From contig RDOA01000021.1 in the NCBI GenBank assembly GCA_011364925.1, positions 37,511 through 54,302 of the forward strand: DNA of 16,792 nucleotides. The letters are read 5' to 3'. The position numbers and the translations under genes are program-made. Positions within the stretch are counted from its first letter, which is position 1. Each line of letters starts with the position of its first letter. The notes beneath the pieces are model-generated. The model saw only the letters and a list, made by a program, of their open reading frames with translations. It was not told the origin of the DNA and did no database searches. Below, piece after piece: positions 7,364 to 14,823 of the stretch. This stretch comes from Promethearchaeota archaeon (GTDB lineage Archaea > Asgardarchaeota > Lokiarchaeia > Sigyniarchaeales > SOKP01).

Positions 7364-9100
7364 CTAGTACTTATCGATAATTTCTTTAAGACCAATAATA
7401 GGAATGATAATATTTTCTGGTCTAAAAAGTAGTTCATAATCTAATTCGTGTAATACTCTTTCAATCGTAAAGAAATTAATCAATGTAAAATCTAAATTAA
7501 GACTTTTTTCTAATATTTTCCCCATTAGCTTGTTTTCCCATAAATTAAGGAGGTTTAACGCGGCTTCAAGTTTTTTATGTCGTCGAGTAAGTTTTGAAGA
7601 TTTTTTAAAATAAATATTATAAAGGAATTCTGCCGGAACTTCAAATCTCTCTTTATCAACGATTTCTTTCTCAATAAATTTAAGCAATGTATTAAATTTG
7701 ATATAACTTAATGATCTTAGGAAACTACCTAAATCTTTTTCAACAGGGAATTTTTGCTTTTTCTGTTCTTCGGAAAGTTGGGGATCGCCTTCAAAATCTA
7801 TGAAATAGAAGGTATATTCATCATTAATTTGGTTATAAAGGATCTGTTGAAAGTGGAGATCCTGATGTACGGGTTGAATTTTAATCCGTTCTCTTTCAAA
7901 TTCGGAAAGAAATTTTTCAATAATATCAGTAATATCAATCAAGATTGAACCTATCTTAGGTGACTTATAGAAAGCTTGTTCAGAACCTTTACTCATGTTG
8001 ATTTGGATTTGATTTACCATAGATTTTAATTTTTCGGTGTAATTCTTAAGATAATCTTTACTTTGAACTGTTTCTATAGAATAAAGTGGATCGCCTTGTA
8101 GTACTAATCCCTCATGTAATTGTTTTATCTGAAAACCTATTTTCTCAGATACTTTTATTGAATGCTTACAGAATTCTTTTATGTATGTAGACATGCTTTT
8201 CTTATCATCGAACGAAGAAAGATCATCTCCTATCTTGATAAATATAGAATTAATCATAGTATTAAGCTCGTTCCAGTAAATATCACCCAGATTTCCTACA
8301 TTTGGGACATTCTCAAGGACACCGATCGTTTCTCTCCCCTGTAACTTGATAGTACCATATATTTTAGGAGCATTTGGAAAATTATTCTTCACCAAAACAA
8401 ACAATTTTTTTGGTTCTAAACTCCCGGAGTACTCTTTATATGATTTTAGGACGAAGGAGGTAGGTTTTTGGTCGGGATATTTATTATTTGCAATATTGAG
8501 TAAAAATACTAAGTTAGTAGTGTTTCCACCACCAAGTTGTTTTAAGTCATATTCGTATCTTTCTGGATATAAACTGGCCTCAATGAGAGTTCGAACCTTA
8601 GTCATATTGATTTCATCATTAAATTGGTCAGTGTATAGAGCAAGGTCCATTGACATGAGAGGAAAACTTTCTGAAATTTTTTTATCGAACAATATTTTTT
8701 TCCAGAATAGTGCACAATATTCTGCTTCGATAAGGTTAAGATAAAGTATTTTTTCTTTTTGATTGTCATGAACGCTCAACGCAATTATTTTGCTAAAAGT
8801 ATTCTCAGTTAGCTTAACTACGTTTACTCTTGTATTTTCTTTTGGTTCTAGAATGTCTTGAATTTTATCATAAATGGTTATAGGGAGAAAGTATGATTTC
8901 GTATAATCTTGCGAGGTGATCTCGATAATTGTTAAGAATATTTGATCTGATATCACGCTAAAATACTTAATTAAAACTTCAAAAGATAAGTCTGATAAAA
9001 GAAATTTATCACCAAACCATCTTTTTGAAAGAAGCCATCCTTTAAACTCATTAGAGTTGAAGACTTGTTGAAATAAATTTTTATCAAAATAATCTTTCAT
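7364..9100 (-). CDS. Maltokinase-like (Mak/Pep2; aminoglycoside-phosphotransferase fold) sugar kinase
   Basis: N-terminal cap WLLSKRWFGDK, catalytic loop HQDLHFQQIL (cf. HGDLHLGQVL), FIDFEGDP, KDLGSFLRSLSY and ELDYELLFRP. Confidence 0.82.
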   Translation of the reverse strand: MKDYFDKNLFQQVFNSNEFKGWLLSKRWFGDKFLLSDLSFEVLIKYFSVISDQIFLTIIEITSQDYTKSYFLPITIYDKIQDILEPKENTRVNVVKLTENTFSKIIALSVHDNQKEKILYLNLIEAEYCALFWKKILFDKKISESFPLMSMDLALYTDQFNDEINMTKVRTLIEASLYPERYEYDLKQLGGGNTTNLVFLLNIANNKYPDQKPTSFVLKSYKEYSGSLEPKKLFVLVKNNFPNAPKIYGTIKLQGRETIGVLENVPNVGNLGDIYWNELNTMINSIFIKIGDDLSSFDDKKSMSTYIKEFCKHSIKVSEKIGFQIKQLHEGLVLQGDPLYSIETVQSKDYLKNYTEKLKSMVNQIQINMSKGSEQAFYKSPKIGSILIDITDIIEKFLSEFERERIKIQPVHQDLHFQQILYNQINDEYTFYFIDFEGDPQLSEEQKKQKFPVEKDLGSFLRSLSYIKFNTLLKFIEKEIVDKERFEVPAEFLYNIYFKKSSKLTRRHKKLEAALNLLNLWENKLMGKILEKSLNLDFTLINFFTIERVLHELDYELLFRPENIIIPIIGLKEIIDKY

Positions 9101-9261
9101 AATAATCTTTAAGTGTCAATTATAATTAAAGATTTTACCAAAATTAACGGTCTAAAGCCATCTAAATAGAGCCTTCTTTTTTTTTAAAACAGTAATTGCA
9201 AAGAAATTTAAATTCTTCCAAGCTTAATTTCTTAATATCAAAAAATTTCTGTTTTCCAATT

Positions 9262-11448
9262 ATGAGCGAAAAAGAGATTTATTTACCAATTGTATTCCAT
9301 TTTCATCAACCAGTCAACAACTTCGAGTTTGTATTCGAAGATGTTTATAAGAAAGCATACAGTCCTTTAGTTGAACACATTTTTAATTATCCAGAGATAA
9401 AATTTACTCTCCACCTCTCGGGTAATTTATTAGAATGGTTACTCGATAAAAAGCCAGATTTTATAAATATGTTGAGAGTCATGGCTAAAAGAGATCAAAT
9501 AGAAATTATAGGGGGTGGATTCTATGAACCTATTTATGCGATTATTCCCGATAGAGACAAAATCACCCAAATGAAAATGCTGTCTGATTTAATTAAGAAA
9601 GAGTTCGGATTAGAGGTAAAGGGTGCGTGGTTATCTGAGAGAGTTTGGGAACCAAGTTATCCCTCATTTTTAAGTAAAGTAGGATTAAAATATGTAATTG
9701 TTGACGATAATCATTTTAGGGCTACTGGATTAACAGAAATAGACACTTTTTATTCTTATATTACAGAAGACGAAGGAAAAACGATTAGAATCTTTCCTAT
9801 TAATGAAGAATTAAGATATCTGACTCCTTGGAAACCTACCTATTTTTCTATTAATTACTTAAAGAAGTTTGCTACTAAAAAGGGTGATAGGGTGGCTTTG
9901 TTAATATCCGACGCCGAAAAAATGGGTGTTTGGGGGACTACTCATCAAATCTGTTATGTAGACGGACAGGGACATAAAGAAGGAGATGGAGGGAAACCGT
10001 TTATCCCAGCCTTATTCGACCAAATAATGGACAACAAGTGGATAAAATCGATTACTCTTTCAGAATACATGGATACATATCCAGCTAAGAGTTTGATATA
10101 TCTACCAACTGCGAGCTACGATAAGATGGAAGAATGGGTGTTACCAACCAAAGAGAGAATTAAGTTTGAAAAAGTAAGAAAAGAGTTGAAATCGAATCCA
10201 GAAAGACAACAGGAATATCAGTTTTTAAAGGGTGGATTTTGGAGATATTTCTTAGTTAAATATCCCGAATCAAACAATATGCATAAAAAAATGCTTTACA
10301 TTAGAGAAAAACTCACGCAAGTTGAACGAATAATAGCTAATTTGGAAAATGAAAAACATAGAAATAATGCTCAAAGTATGATAAATGAGGCTTGGATGGA
10401 AATTTATAAATCGCAGTGTAACGATTGTTATTGGCATGGATTATTTGGAGGTGTATATTTACAATTTTTGCGATTTTCAGTGTACACTCATCTAATTAAT
10501 GCCGAAAAAATTGTTGATAATTTATACACTCAATTCCAGTCAAATAAAAGCAAGTTCGTTTCGATTAATCTACTAGACTTCAATAAAGACAGCAGGATGG
10601 AGGTTCTTATCGAATCTGATCTTCTTAACATCTACATAAATCCATTAGATGGTGGTACTATTTTTGAATTAGATTATAAACCAAAATCTTACAATATTCT
10701 AAATGTATTAACGCGATGGCCAGAGGCTTATCACAATAATGAAGATATTGAAGAATCAGATGTATTGATTGATCGATATAAGAGAAACATGTTTCGGCTA
10801 CGATTTCTTCATAAGAATACATCTCTAGACCTGCTTGAAGCAGATCAATACCAAGAGTATGGATCCTTCATCAATGGCGAATTTAAAGTTATTAAAATTG
10901 AAAAAGATTTAAATTCGGCTGTAATCGAACTTGAAATGAATGGATGTGTAAAAACTCCGACCTCAAACAATAATTATCCATGTAAGATCAATAAAGTAAT
11001 TAAACTTGAAGATTCTACGATCAGTTTTACTGTAAAAGGGAACTTTGAGAAACTTTTAAATAAGGAGACATTATTAAATGAGATTTTAGATGAGTTATTT
11101 TTAGGTATAGATCTTCCATTCTTTTTTAACGGAGACCCCACTAAATTTCGATGGGAAAGTAAAGATGTCAAATTCGCAAAAGGTGATGTAAACCATCTGT
11201 TAAAGGAATTTGAATTTGCGGGTCAACATTTTAAAACTTATGACGAGTCTTACGACTTACACTTAGAATTTTTTCTCTCTAATCAATCAAAAAATAATAA
11301 AAATCTCGCTAGAATGTACAAATTTCCTATAATAGCATATACTTTTACAGATGAAGGATATAAAAAAATATATCAAGGGATAAACCTTTTATCTCGATTC
11401 AAAATAGGTGCTGAGTTTGAGTTTAAAATCAATATTTCTATTTTTTAA
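9262..11448 (+). CDS. GH57 alpha-amylase / 4-alpha-glucanotransferase
   Basis: FHFHQP, GGGFYEPI, WLSERVWEP (nucleophile Glu), SDAEKMG (acid/base Asp), YLPTASYDKMEEW, KYPESNNMHK and QCNDCYWHGLFGGVY. ATG at 9262 fits the family N-terminus better than the TTG at 9196. Confidence 0.92.
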   Translation: MSEKEIYLPIVFHFHQPVNNFEFVFEDVYKKAYSPLVEHIFNYPEIKFTLHLSGNLLEWLLDKKPDFINMLRVMAKRDQIEIIGGGFYEPIYAIIPDRDKITQMKMLSDLIKKEFGLEVKGAWLSERVWEPSYPSFLSKVGLKYVIVDDNHFRATGLTEIDTFYSYITEDEGKTIRIFPINEELRYLTPWKPTYFSINYLKKFATKKGDRVALLISDAEKMGVWGTTHQICYVDGQGHKEGDGGKPFIPALFDQIMDNKWIKSITLSEYMDTYPAKSLIYLPTASYDKMEEWVLPTKERIKFEKVRKELKSNPERQQEYQFLKGGFWRYFLVKYPESNNMHKKMLYIREKLTQVERIIANLENEKHRNNAQSMINEAWMEIYKSQCNDCYWHGLFGGVYLQFLRFSVYTHLINAEKIVDNLYTQFQSNKSKFVSINLLDFNKDSRMEVLIESDLLNIYINPLDGGTIFELDYKPKSYNILNVLTRWPEAYHNNEDIEESDVLIDRYKRNMFRLRFLHKNTSLDLLEADQYQEYGSFINGEFKVIKIEKDLNSAVIELEMNGCVKTPTSNNNYPCKINKVIKLEDSTISFTVKGNFEKLLNKETLLNEILDELFLGIDLPFFFNGDPTKFRWESKDVKFAKGDVNHLLKEFEFAGQHFKTYDESYDLHLEFFLSNQSKNNKNLARMYKFPIIAYTFTDEGYKKIYQGINLLSRFKIGAEFEFKINISIF

Positions 11449-11569
11449 AGGTTAAGACCGAAATAATTGATAATTCTGAATAAAAGTTTATTAGTATACA
11501 AAAATTTTTTTATATTAAAATATACTCTCTCAGTCTCAAATTTTTGAATGCAATTTCAATTAAAATTGG

Positions 11570-12283
11570 ATGGTTTTAAAATTGCTTAGCATTAGATCAA
11601 GAAATAATTTGTTCGTTCTTTTTAGCCTATTAGCTGTACTTGTTTTAATATTAATTTCCCCAGTCGCCTCAAATTTGGTACAAGCGCTTGGTTTTAGGCA
11701 TGGAGAGTCTACAATAAATTATAGGACAGATTATAGTGATGGATATGGAGATGTAATTATGAAATTCGAAATTAATAGTAATCCACAGGCAGAAGAGAGA
11801 TATTATTGGAAAATATCATGTAATTTTAGATCAGGCGGCGCAGTAGAAATTGTCGGTATTAGTCAACTAAATTTTACTATTGATGTTAATGGGTTAGCGA
11901 TATATTCGAATTTCCTTAACTGGACTCCCCCACATGAACAATATTCCCTAAATCCTGTGAGTTTGGTTCGATTAACAAAAAATAATGTGATTTCATGGAC
12001 TGGAAATATAAATGTTCAATATATTTCTAATAGTATACTTCAAACTGAATCACACGAATTCACTTTAAGAATCGTTGTTCCGATGGGTTCTGAAGATTAT
12101 TACAATTTACAAATACTTAGCAATTTTGTATTCTTCTTTTGGTTGTTGGCTTTCCCAGGATCACCGATTATTATTAAATTTATAATAAAACCCGGTTTTT
12201 CTGTTCCTTTAGATGACGATCGTAAAGAAGCGGAGAGAAAATACTTTGACTTTTTCAAAAAAGGTAAAAAAGAACAAGATTAA
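11570..12283 (+). CDS. Hypothetical membrane-anchored protein (N-terminal signal/TM, beta-rich ectodomain, C-terminal TM, charged tail)
   Basis: Hydrophobic segments LFVLFSLLAVLVLILISPVA and FVFFFWLLAFPGSPIIIKFII; sequons NFT and NWT. Confidence 0.75.
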   Translation: MVLKLLSIRSRNNLFVLFSLLAVLVLILISPVASNLVQALGFRHGESTINYRTDYSDGYGDVIMKFEINSNPQAEERYYWKISCNFRSGGAVEIVGISQLNFTIDVNGLAIYSNFLNWTPPHEQYSLNPVSLVRLTKNNVISWTGNINVQYISNSILQTESHEFTLRIVVPMGSEDYYNLQILSNFVFFFWLLAFPGSPIIIKFIIKPGFSVPLDDDRKEAERKYFDFFKKGKKEQD

Positions 12284-12429
12284 ACCAACTCAAGCATTCT
12301 AAAACGAATTTATTTGAATATAAATTGTTCTACTTTTTCTTTATAAATTGTCGGTTTTAATTAGTTTTAAATATGTTAAGAGAATAATAACAACTATATT
12401 TCGTAAAAAAATTAAAGGTACGGACATTT

Positions 12430-12573
12430 TTGACAGAAAATAATAAAGGAAGACACAACGGCTATGCATACACCAATAAATCGGTAAAAAATAACATCGA
12501 AAATAATGAATTTGTAAAAAGTGTTCGAAAAAAATTAATGCAAGAGCGGTTAAGAAAAAACTTTTCTAATTAA
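12430..12573 (+). CDS. Putative 47-aa basic protein (not in ORF track)
   Basis: TTG ACA GAA ... AAT TAA translates to MTENNKGRHNGYAYTNKSVKNNIENNEFVKSVRKKLMQERLRKNFSN. AAGGT lies about 10 nt upstream, and a short hairpin plus T-tract follows the stop. Confidence 0.4.
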   Translation: MTENNKGRHNGYAYTNKSVKNNIENNEFVKSVRKKLMQERLRKNFSN

Positions 12574-12610
12574 CCTAAGAAGGTTTATCTTTTTCTCTAA
12601 ATAGTTAATA

Positions 12611-13297
12611 TTACTCGGGAAAACCCCATTCTCCAATTAAGGGAACAAATCTCACGCCTGTAATTCTTTTAGATTCGAATTTATCCTTTTTTTTAGTTAC
12701 AATGTAAAGATCCTGACCCCACTCTTTTGAACCCGTAGGAATACAAAGAAGACCTCCAATTTTTAACTGTTTTTTAAGTGGAGGCGGCACTTTTTTGGGC
12801 GAGGATGCTGTAACTAAGATTTTATCATATGGTGCTTCTTTGGGGTAACCTAAAGTTCCATCTCCATGAATAACGGTTACATAATTCGCATAACCTGCGT
12901 TTGAAAGATTTTCTCTGGCTGATTCTGCTAATTCTAAGTGTCTTTCGAGAGTATAAACATGTCCGGGATTTAATGAATTTTCTGGAGCAACGATTTCAGC
13001 GCATAAAGCAGCGTGATAACCAGAACCAGTACCAACTTCTAAAACTTTATCTCCTTCTTTGAGTTCTAACAATTCACACATCATAGCGTTCATATGTGGC
13101 GCAGAAATTGTCTGTCCCATTCCGATTGAGAGAGGAGAATCTATATACGCTGAAGAAATTGCCCCTTCTGGAAGAAATTTGTGGCGAGGAACTTTTAGCA
13201 TAGCCTTAATTACACTCGGTTTGGTTAAAAAATCTCGACTTTTTAGGCTTTCTACTAATCTTTTCCTCTTTTCTTCAAAATCCATAAGATAAACCAT
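12611..13297 (-). CDS. pcm: Protein-L-isoaspartate O-methyltransferase
   Basis: VPRHKF, GQTISAPHM, VLEVGTGSGY, GDGTLGYPKEAPYDKI and VRFVPL. Confidence 0.95.
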   Translation of the reverse strand: MVYLMDFEEKRKRLVESLKSRDFLTKPSVIKAMLKVPRHKFLPEGAISSAYIDSPLSIGMGQTISAPHMNAMMCELLELKEGDKVLEVGTGSGYHAALCAEIVAPENSLNPGHVYTLERHLELAESARENLSNAGYANYVTVIHGDGTLGYPKEAPYDKILVTASSPKKVPPPLKKQLKIGGLLCIPTGSKEWGQDLYIVTKKKDKFESKRITGVRFVPLIGEWGFPE

Positions 13298-13302
13298 TAG
13301 AT

Positions 13303-14538
13303 TTATGTTTTATATATGATATAAATTTTATCTTCTTTCTTTACTTCTTTACCTAGCCGCATATTTACTTTGAACGGATTATCGTAACTTTTTTTATAGA
13401 TGTTCTTAATTTTTTCACCTTTGTAGACCATATGTTTGATTTTTTGACGGTGGTAAGTGTCATCCCCAGTTATAATTATCTCATCCCCCAACTTTAAATT
13501 GAATTCCTTGATTTCGATTAATATATTTGCTGTCATACTCCTTTTATCAAACGCTAGAACTCTTCCAAGATAATGTTTTTTGAATGGAGACACATTTCCT
13601 CTTTTTTCTAACTCGACATCTTCAATTGTTGGGCGGTGAAAATAAAATCCCGTGTGAAAACCGCGATTGTATACTTTATTTAATCTAGTTAACCAATCTT
13701 GAACTTTTTCTTTCGAAAATGTAGAATTGAAGTAGCTATCAATTGCTTCTCTATAACATCTTGCTACAGTCTCAATATACATGGGATCCTTCGCCCTTCC
13801 TTCGATTTTGAAGGCGTCAATGTTTGCATCAATTAGTTCTGGTATATATTCAATCATACAAAGATCCTTCGCGTTAAGGAACATTTGACCGTCATATATA
13901 AACTCGTTATTTTCATCGTCAATAACTCTCCACGCTCTCCTACAAGGTTGAACACACCTGCCTCGATTTGCAGAATATTCTTCTGAATCACAAATGGTTG
14001 CTGATAAATAACAGCGCCCAGAAATTGAGGTGCACATCGAACCGTGAACGAAGCATTCTATTTTCGTTTCATTGAGATGGTGCTTTATTAATTTAATTTG
14101 ATTTAGGGATAGTTCTCTTGCTAAAATAATTCTTTCTGCTCCTAAACTTTCATAAAACTTAGCACTCTCAATATTTGAAACATTTGCTTGAGTTGATATA
14201 TGAAATTTAACTTCATTTTGTTTCGCAAACCTAATTGCTGCGAGATCATGAGCAATTATAGCATCTATGTTCGAAATTTTTGCTAATGAGATTAAATTTT
14301 CTAGATCCTCTAATTCGTTATCGTATACCAGAATATTTGTTGTAAGATATGCTTTTATTGGTGGATTTAAGTTATGACAATACTTTACCACACTTTCTAT
14401 TTCATTTCGCTCAAAATTTTTAGCTTTTGTCCTCATATTATAGTCATTAATACCAAAATATATAGCATCTGCTAAAGCACCAATATTACCTAAAGAGTCC
14501 CAATTTTGAGCAGGAACTAATAATTCAGGCTTCTTAAT
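13303..14538 (-). CDS. U32-family protein (TrhP/RlhA/UbiU-type Fe-S hydroxylase), extended 34 codons to a probable ATT start
   Basis: HISTQAN, ILARELSL, E-x2-VHGSMCTSISGRCYLS, ANRGRCVQPCR and FKIEGR. In-frame sequence upstream of the track's Met encodes the conserved IKKPELLVPAQ...ADAIYFG...YNMR, bounded by TAA at 14560-14562. Confidence 0.88.
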   Translation of the reverse strand: MKKPELLVPAQNWDSLGNIGALADAIYFGINDYNMRTKAKNFERNEIESVVKYCHNLNPPIKAYLTTNILVYDNELEDLENLISLAKISNIDAIIAHDLAAIRFAKQNEVKFHISTQANVSNIESAKFYESLGAERIILARELSLNQIKLIKHHLNETKIECFVHGSMCTSISGRCYLSATICDSEEYSANRGRCVQPCRRAWRVIDDENNEFIYDGQMFLNAKDLCMIEYIPELIDANIDAFKIEGRAKDPMYIETVARCYREAIDSYFNSTFSKEKVQDWLTRLNKVYNRGFHTGFYFHRPTIEDVELEKRGNVSPFKKHYLGRVLAFDKRSMTANILIEIKEFNLKLGDEIIITGDDTYHRQKIKHMVYKGEKIKNIYKKSYDNPFKVNMRLGKEVKKEDKIYIIYKT

Positions 14539-14823
14539 AATAAGTCCTTCCGTTTTATTTTATTAATTGTAGTTCACTGATTAAACATTATCTTATCTCA
14601 TATTAAAATTGTATAATAAAATTGATAATTGATTATCTTTTTCTCTCCGAGAAAAAAAGGAATTTCATATATTTTCTTTGCTGAAAATTTAAAAGTATTG
14701 AGTTTTATGTATTATAAAATAAAAAATGTTCTCATAATTGGCTTAACTCTACTAACTGGCATTTTATAAGGAATTACGAACAAGGGGATTTTGTTAAATT
14801 AACTAAAAAAAGATGCACGAATT

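Noticed and set aside
7754-8744. ORFs 7754..7948, 8162..8344 and 8346..8744 (+)
   Set aside because: Antisense to the maltokinase-like gene with no independent evidence.
9196-9261. TTG-start 22-aa extension of GH57 in the ORF track
   Set aside because: The family N-terminus begins shortly before HxHQP, so ATG 9262 fits. The extension looks like promoter DNA.
10974-13292. ORFs 10974..11171 (-) and 13059..13292 (+)
   Set aside because: Antisense to GH57 and pcm respectively.
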